Notes: generated by a model from the sequence alone, not told the origin. DNA of 64,000 nt from an uncultured Leptospiraceae bacterium (GCA_964486725.1 CAZAOK010000004.1:6014-70013), one strand, 5' to 3'. Positions 1-10,803 are shown, counted from the first letter of the stretch. Translations and numbers: made by a program.

Positions 1-530
1 CTTCGGGAAAATTATAAGTTTCCGGAAAAAGGTACCCTTCCGCCGAGGGGGCATGTATACCAATGGATCTAAGGTAATTTTTATCAAAAGCGTAATATAG
101 AAATGAATCCTCACTGGTTATTCCATTAGATTCCAGCCGATCAGCAATCTGGTACAGGTTAAATCCTTCGGGGATGGTAACCCGTTGCACCATCACATGT
201 CCCCGTGTGATACGGCGTAGTATATCAAGTGATGACATTCCCCTGTATACCCGGTATTTCCCGGTTTTCACGCTGGTATTTCCTGTTACCCTGGCAAGAA
301 CCAGGAAGAAGCTTTCACTGGTAATAAGGTTTCGAGATTTCAGCATTTCGGCTGTTTCACGAAGCGTGGTTCCCCTGTCAATTTTGATTATTTCATCAGG
401 CATAAAGCCGGGGGAACTGTTAAAGTACCATGTGATGCCTAAAAGTATTACTCCGCACATAATGACCAGTAAGCCCAATGTCAGGATGTGCCTGAATTTA
501 AATCTTGATTTGTTGTTCATACATGTCCTT
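1..530 (-). CDS. mltG: Endolytic murein transglycosylase MltG/YceG family (3' part truncated by window edge)
   Basis: Minus-strand ORF absent from the track because it runs off the window edge. Translation MNNKSRFKFRHILTLGLLVIMCGV..IKIDRGTTLRETAEMLKSRNLI..YRVYRGMSSLDILRRITRGHV shows an N-terminal TM anchor plus YceG-like motifs. ATG at 530-528. Confidence 0.65.
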
Positions 531-697
531 TTTTATCAAATTAATTGTCGAGTATGAATAATCTACTGAACAGCAAACGGGATTATTTGTCAATTCCATA
601 TGATATATTTATTTGTTGACTTCCTGTAAAAGAAGACGTATGAAGTGAGTTAATGTGACAGAATACGCATAATATTATCTGCAATGATAATGGTGAT

Positions 698-2692
698 ATG
701 AAGAGAAAGAGAACAATTTATACTGTTGGAATATTCCTGGTTGTGATCCTGGTTTTGCTGCTTTCTGTTCCGGTTTTTTCAAAGAACGCCATATACCATA
801 ACAAGAAGGGATGGGAGCATCTTGAAAAAGGAGAAATGTATTCTGCAATTATTTCCTTTCAAAGCGCCCTGCAGCAGAATCCCCGTTATAAAGAATCACT
901 GACTGGACTTGCCGAGTCGTACCTGGAAACCGGTGGTTATGAAGAGGCAATCTCGTTATACGAGCGGGTGTTGCGTCTCTACGAAAACGATGAAAAAGCC
1001 ATGCTTGGTATGGGCAGGGCGCTTACGGGGATCGGCAGGTATAGAGAGGCAATCAGGATTTATGAGAAACTTAACAAAATGTCATTTGAGAACAACGAAT
1101 CACGTTACGGAATGGCATATCTCTACTTCAGAATGAATAAAATGCTCTGGTCAAATCGTCTTCTCGAGAGGGTACTGACGGCAAACCCCTTTCATTATGA
1201 TTCACTTCTTCTCATGGCAGAGATGAAGAAGAGGGAAGGCCGTTTTGATGAGGCCATAAACTATATTGAGAAGGCAATCGACTCGCGAAGCGAGTATCCC
1301 CGGGGTTATGTGGAGTACGGAAACCTTCTTTTTGCCAAATATGCACATACGGGTAACAGTGATTATGTAGCTCAGGCTATTGATGAATTCAAGAAAGCCC
1401 TCAGCATAAGTCCGAATAACATCGAGGCGAACAGGTTTCTTGGATATATTTCGTATCATTCAGACGACTTTGAGGGAGCTGTGTCTTATTACGACAGGGT
1501 TGTTGAATTATATCCGAAGATGAGTATCCCGCATTACAATCTTGCCCTTGCTCATGAAAAGATGAACAACAGGGAAGAGGCTCTTTCAGAGTACTCAAAG
1601 GCGGTAGAGCAACAGTCTTTAAACAGCCTGGTTTATGAGAAGCGTTCGCAATTTCTGGTTCTGGAAAATTTCAAGACGGGGCACCCACTGCGTGTAAAGC
1701 TTGCCGGGGAGGAGCATGACACTGCCCATAATTTTCGAAAGAAAAACTTTCCCGAGCATTCACTCTTGCATTTAAGAAAATCACTTTTCCTCAACCCCAT
1801 GGCAACAGAACCCCGCCAGGAGCTTGCCGACTCCTACCTGGTACGGGATTATTATCGTTTTTACGTTGATCAGCTGAAAAAACTGCACACCATGAATAAT
1901 TCAACTGAATCCCGTGACAGGCTGAATGTAGCCATTATAAAGCGCCGTGACCGCCTGTATAACAGGATGGGTTACGCGCAGGAAGCACCGGAAAGAGACG
2001 TTCCCCGTGTAATGCTGCTTGATCTGGAAAGTGTTAAAGGAATCCCTCCCTATCCAGATGGTGGCAGTGTTATTTCAAATAGCATAAATTATGCCTTCTC
2101 CCAGTTTGGAAGGTACAAAAATATTTCAACAAGAAAGAGAATACGTATAAATGAACAACTGCAAGGCGGTAAACAGCCAATTGATGCTATACTCAGGGAT
2201 ATCCAGGGGTTGATGAAAGGAGATAAGGTACCTGAATTTGATTATCTCCTTTATGGTAATTACGAGGTATCCGGTAATTTTATACGTGCCGGTATATCCG
2301 TAATGAACCTGAAAACCGGTGTGGTTATTGCGAACCTGCAGGCCGAAGACCAGGGTAAACAGGCCCTGTCTGGTATATCATTGCGACTTGCCCGAAAACT
2401 GTATGAAACAATCCCATACCAGGGAAGAATCCTTGCCTACGAGGAAGACTCGGTACTGGTCAACCTGGGAAGTTATGATGGGGTATCACCTGGCGATCTT
2501 CTTGTCAGCTATATACCGGTAACAGATTCCGCAAAACCGGAAAAGACTTCACAGAAGCTGGTGTTTAAGGTAAACGAAGTAGATACGCTGCTTTCACTGG
2601 CCAACCCGGTAAGAAATGATGACCTTGATCGGGTATCAAAAAACGAGGCCGTATATCCCGTGGAAAAAAGGCGTGCGAAATTAATTGAATAG
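698..2692 (+). CDS. TPR-repeat protein with N-terminal signal/TM anchor and a ~300 aa C-terminal region of unknown function
   Basis: 664-aa ORF with a hydrophobic N-terminus and multiple 34-aa TPR-like repeats (A..Y....G.Y..A......AL). The C-terminal half has no recognisable motif. Confidence 0.55.
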   Translation: MKRKRTIYTVGIFLVVILVLLLSVPVFSKNAIYHNKKGWEHLEKGEMYSAIISFQSALQQNPRYKESLTGLAESYLETGGYEEAISLYERVLRLYENDEKAMLGMGRALTGIGRYREAIRIYEKLNKMSFENNESRYGMAYLYFRMNKMLWSNRLLERVLTANPFHYDSLLLMAEMKKREGRFDEAINYIEKAIDSRSEYPRGYVEYGNLLFAKYAHTGNSDYVAQAIDEFKKALSISPNNIEANRFLGYISYHSDDFEGAVSYYDRVVELYPKMSIPHYNLALAHEKMNNREEALSEYSKAVEQQSLNSLVYEKRSQFLVLENFKTGHPLRVKLAGEEHDTAHNFRKKNFPEHSLLHLRKSLFLNPMATEPRQELADSYLVRDYYRFYVDQLKKLHTMNNSTESRDRLNVAIIKRRDRLYNRMGYAQEAPERDVPRVMLLDLESVKGIPPYPDGGSVISNSINYAFSQFGRYKNISTRKRIRINEQLQGGKQPIDAILRDIQGLMKGDKVPEFDYLLYGNYEVSGNFIRAGISVMNLKTGVVIANLQAEDQGKQALSGISLRLARKLYETIPYQGRILAYEEDSVLVNLGSYDGVSPGDLLVSYIPVTDSAKPEKTSQKLVFKVNEVDTLLSLANPVRNDDLDRVSKNEAVYPVEKRRAKLIE

Positions 2693-2704
2693 ATAATGCC
2701 GGGA

Positions 2705-3871
2705 TTACTTCTTCATCTTACCAGTGATATAATCTATGATAATAGCAAGGGCCCCGTCACCACTTACATTTGACGCGGTACCAAACGAATCCTGGGCCAT
2801 ATGAAGACTCAAGATAAGACCTTTCTGGAAATTATTAAACATCAGCATCTCTTCAAGTAGCCCCAGGGCTGTCATTGCCCCACCTCCGGGTATTCCGGGC
2901 GCGGCTATCATTGTAACCGATAATAAAAAGATAAATGGTATATACTGTACAAGCTCAGGGGTGCCTCCCTGCATGGTAAGAATAACCATTGATGAGAGGG
3001 TGATCATTATCATGTCACCCACAAGGTGAATGGTGGCACACAGGGGGATCACAAAATCAATGATATCCTCTGATACATCATTTGATCGTACACTTTCAAT
3101 GGTAACCGGGATAGTGGCGGCTGAAGACTGTGTACCAAAAGCGGTAAGATATGCTGGTATCATGTTTTTTATGAGATTTAATGGATTTCGACGGGTCAGC
3201 ACCCCGGCGATAACATATTCAATGAGTACGATTGAAATTTGAAGACCGATGATAACCACGTATAGTTTGCCAAAGGATGTCAAAATTGGGATTATCTCAC
3301 CTGTCGCGCTGAGTGAGCAGAAAAGTGATGCGATATAAAAGGGAAGCAGCGGAATTATTGCCTTTCGAATTAAAATTTCCACAATATCTTTCAGTTCGTA
3401 AAAAACATTCCTGAAAGTGACAAGAGGTTTTGAGGCAAGAACCAGGCCGAAAACAAAGGCAAGTGCCAGTGCTGTAAAGACGGGCAAAGGTGGTTCAACT
3501 TTCAGTGAAAACAATGGCTCAATGGTCAGGGTTTCAGCCGGGGCAGCAAGATTTCCCACAAGTGATTCAAGGAAAACCGTACCGGTTGAATACGCAACAA
3601 GGCCTCCTATCAGGGTTGATGAAACAGCAAGTAATATTGTAATGATCAGGGTCTTGCCTGCTTTTCCGCCTATATCGATAATGCCGGGAGGAACAAAGCC
3701 GATTATTATCAGGGGAATTATGAACTTGAGAAATGCTCCAAATAATATCTCCGCGGTTTTAATGGTTCTGAGAAGAAAATCCATATTATAATGACTGAGG
3801 GTTATGCCAAGCAGGATGCCTGTAATAATTCCCAGAAACAGCTTGAAGATCAGAGAGTTTTTCAGATTCAT
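2705..3871 (-). CDS. Dicarboxylate/amino acid:cation symporter (DAACS family, GltP/SstT-like)
   Basis: 388-aa polytopic membrane protein. The C-terminal motifs GGAMTALGLLEEM and DSFGTASNVSGDGALAIIID are typical of the sodium:dicarboxylate symporter family. Confidence 0.75.
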   Translation of the reverse strand: MNLKNSLIFKLFLGIITGILLGITLSHYNMDFLLRTIKTAEILFGAFLKFIIPLIIIGFVPPGIIDIGGKAGKTLIITILLAVSSTLIGGLVAYSTGTVFLESLVGNLAAPAETLTIEPLFSLKVEPPLPVFTALALAFVFGLVLASKPLVTFRNVFYELKDIVEILIRKAIIPLLPFYIASLFCSLSATGEIIPILTSFGKLYVVIIGLQISIVLIEYVIAGVLTRRNPLNLIKNMIPAYLTAFGTQSSAATIPVTIESVRSNDVSEDIIDFVIPLCATIHLVGDMIMITLSSMVILTMQGGTPELVQYIPFIFLLSVTMIAAPGIPGGGAMTALGLLEEMLMFNNFQKGLILSLHMAQDSFGTASNVSGDGALAIIIDYITGKMKK

Positions 3872-3949
3872 GAATAATACCTGGTATAGAATAATTTTTG
3901 CAGTCTATATTGGATGTAAAATAGTATATGTCAAACGAATTAAAGGCAT

Positions 3950-3985
3950 AAAAAGACCTGCCGGTAAATGGCAGGTCTTTTGAAT
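3950..3985 (-). terminator. Rho-independent terminator downstream of the symporter operon (minus strand)
   Basis: 12-bp perfect stem aaaagacctgcc / ggcaggtctttt with a 7-nt loop. On the minus strand it is followed by a TTTTTA tract. Confidence 0.45.
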
Positions 3986-4011
3986 TTACAGCATTTTTGT
4001 TGTTCAGTATG

Positions 4012-5775
4012 CTAAATATCCTGAAAACATTTTTTTATGTGATCATCAGAAGGCTTCTGAGTAAAGAATGAAACAACGATAGTGAGAAAAAAGGATACCG
4101 GTAACGCGATAAACATGGGATCAACAATTATCCATGGTTTCCCAAACAGAAAGGGCTTGCCGAATATCAACTGGCTTAAGCCAATTACTGATGATTCTGT
4201 AGCATGAACAAATAAGAGCCAGAACGCACTGGTGACAAAACCTCCCACCATGCCTGTTATAGCAGCAGCCTTCGTTATTTTTTTGAAATACAGTCCCCCA
4301 ATATAGGCGGGAAGAAAGCTTCCAGCACACAGGCCGAAAAATATTGCGGTTCCCCTGGCGATTATTGCCTCACCTTTTACGTATACTTTTGGAAGCAGGT
4401 AGGCCAGCAGTACGCTGATAAGAATTGTCAATCCAATGCCAAGTTTACTGATGAAGACACTTCGCTCTTCAGAGTAATCCTTTCCTTTTTCAATTTGTTC
4501 ATAAAAGTCACGGCCAACGGCAGTTCCCATCGCGTGAAATTGAGAACTGAGGGTAGACATCGCCGCGGCAAGCAGGGTCAGCATGAATAAAACCGCGAAC
4601 CATTTGGGCATAGACTGCTTGATATACTGTGGTATTATGTTTGCCACCTTGCCCCCCGCAGCCACAATGGCAATTGAACCATCAGTGGTTATCTTGTGGG
4701 GTACATCTTTGTGTATGTCAATTGAGTCGCCCACAGATATACCAGAATGATTTTTTCTGAGATTTCTGATATTATCTTTTGTAACCTCAACTACCTTTGA
4801 GCCCGGACAGGTTTCCGCGATGGAGCCCGTTATCTGGCAGAATTCAATTTTGTTCACGTTATTACTGAAGAACACATTTGAAAGTGAACCCGATACAAAC
4901 GCCACGCCGGTCATCAGGAGTATGAATATTCCACCGATCAATACCGCACGGTTCAGTTCCCTGTTGCTTTTAACAGTCATGAACCGTACTACCAGCTGTG
5001 GCTGGGCCAGCACGCCAATACCTACACCCATTACTATGGTTGAGACAAGAACCCACCAGTAATCCGATCCCAGTGTAGGCATCGATGTCCACCCGTTGTG
5101 TCCGCTTGCTACAAAGGAAGCAGGGGGAGACATTGCGGTAAGGGAAGAATGGGCCTCTGTAATACCTCCAAGTGTATAGTAGGTATATACTATCAATATG
5201 GCCATACCCAGAAACATAACTGAACCCTGAAAGGCATCAGTATACATGACCCCCTTCAACCCCCCCATGATCACATAAGTTGCTACGATAAGGGCGAAGA
5301 AGAAAAGTGCTGTGGTGTAATCGATCATGAACTGCTGTTCGATATACTTGGCAGCACCGATTAACACAACACCCGCGTAGAGGGGCATAAAAAGAAATAT
5401 AATAATACCCGCGAATTTTTGTATAAAAGGAGACTGAAACCGTCGTGAAAGAAATTCCGGAAAGGTGTGCGAATCAAGATGATACCCCATAATCCTGGTT
5501 CTCTTGCCGAAAAAGATGAATGCAATAAATATACCAACAAAGATATTTAAGAATGTAAGCCAGAGAATGCCCATGCCGAAAATGCCGGCCGCGCCACCAA
5601 ATCCTATGATTGCCGATGTACTTATAAATGTTGCTCCATACGAAAGCGCCATAACATATGGATGAATATCCCTTCCCGCTAACAGGTAATCAGACGCACC
5701 ATGTGTTTTTCTGTATCCAAGATAGCCAAGTGTTGCGATTACCAGCAGGTATAGTACAACAAGAAATATGGTCAT
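4012..5775 (-). CDS. Sodium:solute symporter family (SSS; PutP/PanF-like) transporter
   Basis: 587-aa polytopic membrane protein. The N-terminus LGYLGYRKT..DYLLAGR and overall topology fit the SSS family. A GGAGG RBS sits upstream, and the gene is preceded by a small accessory ORF. Confidence 0.8.
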   Translation of the reverse strand: MTIFLVVLYLLVIATLGYLGYRKTHGASDYLLAGRDIHPYVMALSYGATFISTSAIIGFGGAAGIFGMGILWLTFLNIFVGIFIAFIFFGKRTRIMGYHLDSHTFPEFLSRRFQSPFIQKFAGIIIFLFMPLYAGVVLIGAAKYIEQQFMIDYTTALFFFALIVATYVIMGGLKGVMYTDAFQGSVMFLGMAILIVYTYYTLGGITEAHSSLTAMSPPASFVASGHNGWTSMPTLGSDYWWVLVSTIVMGVGIGVLAQPQLVVRFMTVKSNRELNRAVLIGGIFILLMTGVAFVSGSLSNVFFSNNVNKIEFCQITGSIAETCPGSKVVEVTKDNIRNLRKNHSGISVGDSIDIHKDVPHKITTDGSIAIVAAGGKVANIIPQYIKQSMPKWFAVLFMLTLLAAAMSTLSSQFHAMGTAVGRDFYEQIEKGKDYSEERSVFISKLGIGLTILISVLLAYLLPKVYVKGEAIIARGTAIFFGLCAGSFLPAYIGGLYFKKITKAAAITGMVGGFVTSAFWLLFVHATESSVIGLSQLIFGKPFLFGKPWIIVDPMFIALPVSFFLTIVVSFFTQKPSDDHIKKCFQDI

Positions 5776-5793
5776 TGCCGTTCCTCCTCCTTA

Positions 5794-5964
5794 TTAAAGT
5801 GATTTTTCTATTTTTATTTCTTCTTCAACCCATTGACGCTGCTCGGAGGTATCCTCCTGCCCGTCACTGTTCCATTTCAAAATCCCGTAGATGACACAGG
5901 TTGCTGCGCTCAATATACAGAGCACGTATACCGCGAATACCCAGAAGTCCCCAAGTCCCAGCAT
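5794..5964 (-). CDS. Small membrane protein, probable SSS-symporter accessory subunit (YhdT/DUF997-like)
   Basis: About 56 aa with two TM segments (MLGLGDFWVFAVYVLCILSAATCVIYGILKW). It lies 18 nt upstream of the SSS symporter start, the arrangement seen for panF/yhdT-type pairs. Confidence 0.45.
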   Translation of the reverse strand: MLGLGDFWVFAVYVLCILSAATCVIYGILKWNSDGQEDTSEQRQWVEEEIKIEKSL

Positions 5965-6110
5965 TTTCGTCCCCCTTGTAAAAAAAATTTTTTTAAACCT
6001 GAACATAATTGTTTAAATATTCACATGTCAAGAACAAATAAAATATTTAAATGCTAAATCGCAATTGCTTACAATTGAGGCCTGTTGAATTATTTATCTC
6101 GGGATGGTAT

Positions 6111-7023
6111 TCATGGTAGCTGTTGTGCCTTCTTCATGTATTCTGATGCCTCAACATCGTTACCCATGAAGGAATGTATATCATGCATCAACAGCAGCGA
6201 TGTTTCACTGTCAGGGTTTATGGAGATGGCTCTTTCAAGGTATCGTAATGCAAGCTCAAGTTTTCTTTTCCTGTTTGTGGTGGGCAGTGTAGTAAAGTAC
6301 AGGTGGGCAAGGGTGACAAGAGATTTTTCGTCGTTGGGCTTTACGTCGATGAGTTTCTCAAGAACTTCTATCGCGTCTACCGGTTTTCCCTGTTGCCTGT
6401 AAAGATTTGATAGTTCATAATACCCCTGCAGGGCGGCCGGGTTCTTTTCAATCGCCTCCCAGTATTTTTCACCGGCCTGGAGGGTGTCCCCTTTTTGCAG
6501 TTTTCGCCTGGCATTACGTATCAGCGGATCACTTAATGGTTTGCCGATATTGTAACTGATGGTAAAGTGCTCTTCGGCCTTTTGAAAATTTTTCTTGAAA
6601 ATGTAGTATCGCACAAGGTTGATATGCGCGGGGATGTACTTCTTATCAATGGCAACCGACTTTTCAAAATGTTGATATGCCTTGTCTATTTCCAGGAAGA
6701 ACCAGTACAGTGAACCAGCCTTATTATGAATGACATGTTGTGTATCATTAATAACCAGTGATTTTCTATAATACTTCAGGGCTTTCTTCTTAATATTATT
6801 TTTCATGTATATCTCGGCAATAAGATTTGCTGCCTGGTAGAGAGAATCGTTTAGCCTTAATGCCCTGGTGAGATTTTCAATAGCAAATTCATACATCTCG
6901 TGATTGTATTCAATTTTTCCCTTCTTGTAATAATATTGCCATGTGTTTGCTGCAAATGCACTATTTGCGCATAAAATAAAAAATATAACGATTGCCAGGG
7001 GTTTTATTATTGACTTTTTCATG
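6111..7023 (-). CDS. Secreted TPR-repeat protein (signal peptide)
   Basis: Starts at MKKSIIKPLAIVIFFILCANSAFA, followed by TPR-like repeats. The track ORF 6111..7184 is longer only because it reads through the antisense of the tRNA-Phe gene. Confidence 0.6.
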
Positions 7024-7052
7024 TCAGATTTTATATGTGTTTTTGTTTTGCT

Positions 7053-7125
7053 GGTCAGGTAGCTCAGTCGGTAGAGCAGGGGACTGAAAATCCCCGTGTC
7101 GGCGGTTCGATTCCGTCCCTGACCA
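7053..7125 (+). tRNA. tRNA-Phe (GAA)
   Basis: GGTCAGGTAGCTCAGTCGGTAGAGCAGGGGACTGAAAATCCCCGTGTCGGCGGTTCGATTCCGTCCCTGACCA gives a full cloverleaf with anticodon loop CTGAAAA. The CCA tail is not encoded. Confidence 0.85.
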
Positions 7126-7244
7126 TTTCCCTTCAGATTTTTTCTACTCACTATACAGTATATAAATAGTATCGGTATAATCATTTTTTTTATCAGTTTA
7201 CTTCTTATTTTTATAACACAATATCTCGAATTCTTGATAGTGTT

Positions 7245-7395
7245 GTTACTAATCAGCTATTATCAGGTTAAAGATCATTTTCAATATAATGAACAGCTAT
7301 AGAGATGGTTCCCCCGCCTTCGGCGGGGGGAACCATCATAATTTTATTCATTTCGCGATAATTGAATCATTTAATAACGACAGTTGAGCAGTTAC
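7245..7395. repeat. Structured intergenic repeat (MITE/REP-like), copy a, more diverged
   Basis: The central hairpin ggttcccccgccttcggcggggggaacc (7307-7334) is flanked by AT-rich arms and imperfect terminal inverted repeats (gttactaatcagct ... cgacagttgagcagttac). It is homologous to the copies at 24.8, 33.2 and 40.2 kb. Confidence 0.55.
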
Positions 7396-7517
7396 AAAGT
7401 TTTAAAAATTCCGTGGTGTTCAAATTTTTGCTTCTTTCTTGACAAAAAACCGCCGGGTACATATTTCTTAAAGCTGTAGATGTGTAACGTGACAAGATCC
7501 TGTAAACGAGGTTCCTT

Positions 7518-8780
7518 ATGATCGATCCAAGGCTGATTCGTGAAAACATTGATACCGTAAAAGACATGGTAAAGAAGAGGAATATGGAAGGGGTGGTGGA
7601 TTTTTCCCGGCTTGAAACCATTGATGAGGAACGTCGATCACTAATTACCAGTGCAGATGAACTTCGAGAACAACGAAATAAATATTCAAAAGAAATTGGA
7701 AATAAAAAGCAAAAAGGCGAAGACGCAACTGAGATGATGGAAGCGGTAAAGGGGGTTTCTGACAGCATAAAGGAGCTTGAAGCCCGCCTTGCCGTGTTGA
7801 ATGATGAATATAACGACATGGTATTGTCCATTCCCAATATGATTGGTGAAGATGTTCCGGCAGGAGTGGATGAATCTGACAACGTGGAAGTGCGAAGCTG
7901 GGGAAGTAAACCCTCATTCGATTTTGAGCCCCTGCCGCATTATGAAATCGGAACAGCCCTTGATATACTGGATTTTGAACGGGGTGTCAAGATTGCCGGT
8001 GCCAGGTTCTATGTGTACAGGGGGCTGGCTGCCCGCCTGGAAAGGGCAATAATAAACTTCATGCTTGACCTGCATACCCGCGAGAACGGGTACGAAGAGG
8101 TGTTTGGGCCTTTCATCGTTAATGATGAAAGTATGACAGGTACCGGTCAGTATCCAAAGTTCATGGATGAGTATTACCGAATTGAGCGGGACGGGCTCTC
8201 GCTGATCCCCACCGCCGAGGTGACATTGACCAACCTTTACCGGGATGAAATATTACCGGGTGATTCACTACCCGTTAATGTTACCATGCAGTCGTCCTGT
8301 TTCAGAAGAGAAGCGGGAGCAGCAGGCCGTGACACCAGGGGGCTTGTTCGTGTTCACCAGTTTCAGAAGGTTGAACTGGTAAAATTTGTAGAACCTGAAA
8401 CATCATTTGATGAGCTCGAAAAACTGGTGGCCCATGCCGAAGAAGTGTTGAAACGTTTAAACCTGCATTACAGGGTGATGCTCCTTTGCAGTGGAGATAC
8501 TTCGGCATCTTCGGCCAGGACATATGACATAGAAGTCTGGATGCCCGGCCTTAACCGTTACCTGGAGATTTCTTCGTGTTCCAATTTTCTTGATTACCAG
8601 GCCCGCCGGGCGAAGATCCGTTACCGTCCCGCCGCAGGCGGCAAGCCGGTGCTTGTGCACACGTTGAATGGATCAGGTCTGGCCGCGGGTAGAACCATGG
8701 CCGCTGTTATGGAAAACTTTCAAAATAAAGACAAAACCTTCGATATCCCCGATGTACTCAAACCTTACATGGGGATGTAA
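7518..8780 (+). CDS. serS: Seryl-tRNA synthetase
   Basis: 420 aa with an N-terminal coiled-coil arm (MIDPRLIRENIDTVKDMVKKRN) and a class II core (FRREAGAAGRDTRGLVRVHQFQKVE, GSGLAAGRTMAA). Confidence 0.95.
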   Translation: MIDPRLIRENIDTVKDMVKKRNMEGVVDFSRLETIDEERRSLITSADELREQRNKYSKEIGNKKQKGEDATEMMEAVKGVSDSIKELEARLAVLNDEYNDMVLSIPNMIGEDVPAGVDESDNVEVRSWGSKPSFDFEPLPHYEIGTALDILDFERGVKIAGARFYVYRGLAARLERAIINFMLDLHTRENGYEEVFGPFIVNDESMTGTGQYPKFMDEYYRIERDGLSLIPTAEVTLTNLYRDEILPGDSLPVNVTMQSSCFRREAGAAGRDTRGLVRVHQFQKVELVKFVEPETSFDELEKLVAHAEEVLKRLNLHYRVMLLCSGDTSASSARTYDIEVWMPGLNRYLEISSCSNFLDYQARRAKIRYRPAAGGKPVLVHTLNGSGLAAGRTMAAVMENFQNKDKTFDIPDVLKPYMGM

Positions 8781-8797
8781 AACTATATGCGATTACG

Positions 8798-9781
8798 TTG
8801 TTAATGATAGTTGTTGACCTTGAAAATATAGATTGGACAGCATTTCGGCAGGTCGTGGCATTGTCCCTGGCAACCGGCCGGGATTGCAGCATCAGGGGAC
8901 TTGGGCAGCTCTTTGACCACATACATAACAGGCGCATGTGGAAAGTACTGAAAAATATTATGGAATTGATCCCGGGTGTTGACGTAATCGAGCGGGATAA
9001 TCAGGTACGTATTATATCCTCCGGTCTGAAGTACGGAATTTATCACGTTGAAACACACAGGTATGCACCTGTGACGGATATTATTCTTACCCTTGCACCT
9101 GCGTTATCAAATTGTGAATTTGTATCAGAACTACACCTGAAAGGTGTTACCCATTCACCGTACTCACATCCGGCCTCATTTTTGAAAACATCACTGAATG
9201 CGCTGATCACGGACGCGGGATACACGGTGGCCAGTTCGCTGAAAAAATTTGGATTTTATGGTTCAGGTGATGGTGAAATTGTCACGAAAATATATCCCAT
9301 GGTGAAGCATGCAAATTTCATTCTCCCCGTATCGTACAACTGGGAGATGGTGAGTGCCCGTGTGTACGTGGCAAAGATAGATACCGCCTTTGCCAGCTAT
9401 CAAAAAGAATACCTGGCAAAAGAACTGCACATTGATGCTAATTCCATATCAATAATGGAAATTGTGAACAGCAGTGGATATGGGAATCACATTGATGTCA
9501 ATATCCGCGGTGGTGATATGGAGATGGTAGAGTCAATGACCATGATGTTATATAACGCTGATGGTGATTTCGTGTTTACTGATGACAGTATGCGTGACAG
9601 CATGAAAGAATTCTGTGCAAGGATTAAGAATATAATCGATGATAAAAAAATACCATATCCTTTGCTTCGTGAAGCTATTCCGTTTATAAAGCTTGCCGGT
9701 TTGGATTGTGATGAGTATAATGATGCAGAAGATACGGGTATGGAGTTAACACGTAGACTGTGCCAACTGTTTTCATTGTAA
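8798..9781 (+). CDS. RNA 3'-terminal phosphate cyclase (RtcA) family protein, divergent
   Basis: Similar to the RtcA N-terminal region: FRQVVALSLATGRDCSIRGL matches [21 protein letters not shown], and LTLAPALSNCEF..HLKGVTHSPYSHPASF matches LQTVLPAL...GGTDNPSAPPADF. Confidence 0.55.
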   Translation: MLMIVVDLENIDWTAFRQVVALSLATGRDCSIRGLGQLFDHIHNRRMWKVLKNIMELIPGVDVIERDNQVRIISSGLKYGIYHVETHRYAPVTDIILTLAPALSNCEFVSELHLKGVTHSPYSHPASFLKTSLNALITDAGYTVASSLKKFGFYGSGDGEIVTKIYPMVKHANFILPVSYNWEMVSARVYVAKIDTAFASYQKEYLAKELHIDANSISIMEIVNSSGYGNHIDVNIRGGDMEMVESMTMMLYNADGDFVFTDDSMRDSMKEFCARIKNIIDDKKIPYPLLREAIPFIKLAGLDCDEYNDAEDTGMELTRRLCQLFSL

Positions 9782-9871
9782 TGTTTAGTAATAATCATGT
9801 GTACATGAATCAAAGACTGAAGTTGAGCGGCCGAAAAACCGCGGTTATTTATTTATACGTGATATGGGGAA

Positions 9872-10003
9872 TTACACAAGGGTAATAATATTTTCAATTT
9901 TTGCGCAGTCTATACAGTATCGTGTACCCCTGGTTTTTCCCTTGCCTGGTACATAATAGTGGTTGAGACTGTTTAGTTGTTTGCCGCATTTTACGCATTT
10001 CAT
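9872..10003 (-). CDS. Small zinc-ribbon protein (43 aa, two CxxC pairs)
   Basis: Minus-strand ORF MKCVKCGKQLNSLNHYYVPGKGKTRGTRYCIDCAKIENIITLV, too short for the track. Its CxxC...CxxC spacing is typical of a zinc ribbon. It sits in a long AT-rich intergenic region. Confidence 0.35.
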   Translation of the reverse strand: MKCVKCGKQLNSLNHYYVPGKGKTRGTRYCIDCAKIENIITLV

Positions 10004-10459
10004 AATTAATACCCTGATGGATTAGTATGATATAATACACTGTTACTATTTTCGGTTTTCATGATTATTTTGTTAATAAAAAAACTGGGTCATTCCGGAT
10101 TATTGGGAATTGAAAATAATTTTTTATAACAATAACCTTTGAAATTGCAATTCACATAATTTTTTAACTGCAGATAAATGGAATTAAGTGAAAAGTGAAA
10201 GGTGAAAAGTTAGTAGTGACGAGTGATCAGTTCACTTCCCACGGTTCACTATTCACTAATCATCCGCGTTAATCTGCGTTTATCGAGCGAAGCGGGCGGT
10301 TTCATGTATTTAAAGCCGTATGATATCATAAGCTTTTCTTTGGGGGACTAATAATTCATATTCATAAAAATAAATTATGATGGTTTTCCCCAAAATTCCG
10401 GAATGAGCCAAAAAATTAGTTTACAATAAGTAACCGGTGATCTATTATCGCCGACTATT

Positions 10460-10798
10460 TTGAACCTGGAGGAGCATGTATTTATGGCCGCAAAGACCAG
10501 TCAATCGTCAATAACTAAAAGATCAAAGAAAAAGACCAATCTTCAGAAGCTGTCAACGACAATGAATAAACTTGCGCATGACGCGGTTGATAAGGAAGTG
10601 GTAAAGAGGTTTAAAACATACATCGATACTTCATCAGAAGATATCAGCAAGGTAAATCTTGACCAGATCCTTAAAAACTCAGAAGACCTGGTGTTAAGCA
10701 GCTATAATGAGAGCCTGCAACCATACATTAAGCATTACCTGTTTATGAAGAAAAGAGAAGAAAAAAAGAAGACAAAAAAAAGTAAGAATATTTTCTAA
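10460..10798 (+). CDS. Hypothetical lysine-rich small protein (possible nucleic-acid-binding)
   Basis: 112-aa ORF with basic K-rich termini (KRSKKKTNLQK; KKREEKKKTKKSKNIF) and no recognisable domain. It lies immediately upstream of moaD-moaE. Confidence 0.35.
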   Translation: MNLEEHVFMAAKTSQSSITKRSKKKTNLQKLSTTMNKLAHDAVDKEVVKRFKTYIDTSSEDISKVNLDQILKNSEDLVLSSYNESLQPYIKHYLFMKKREEKKKTKKSKNIF

Positions 10799-10803
10799 TA
10801 TTT

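Noticed and set aside
174-557. Plus-strand 127-aa ORF from the track
   Set aside because: It is antisense to a much better minus-strand MltG/YceG-like coding sequence (1-530) with an N-terminal TM and conserved motifs. The plus-frame product is low-complexity with no RBS.
7024-7184. N-terminal extension of the 6111..7184 minus ORF (MIIPILFIYCIVSRKNLKGNGQGRNRTADTGIFSPLLYRLSYL...)
   Set aside because: This part is the antisense translation of the tRNA-Phe gene. A proper signal-peptide start with ATG exists at 7023, so the extension is an artefact of open-frame read-through.
7367-7917. Minus-strand ORFs (171 aa and 90 aa) over the serS 5' region
   Set aside because: They are antisense to serS, whose identity is unambiguous, and their products are Ser/Leu-rich low complexity.
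10185-10215. Possible CRISPR-like or tandem repeat array (gtgaaaag tgaaagg tgaaaag)
   Set aside because: The repeat units are only 7-8 nt with no spacers of unique sequence. This is not a CRISPR array. It is noted instead as part of the repeat-rich intergenic finding.
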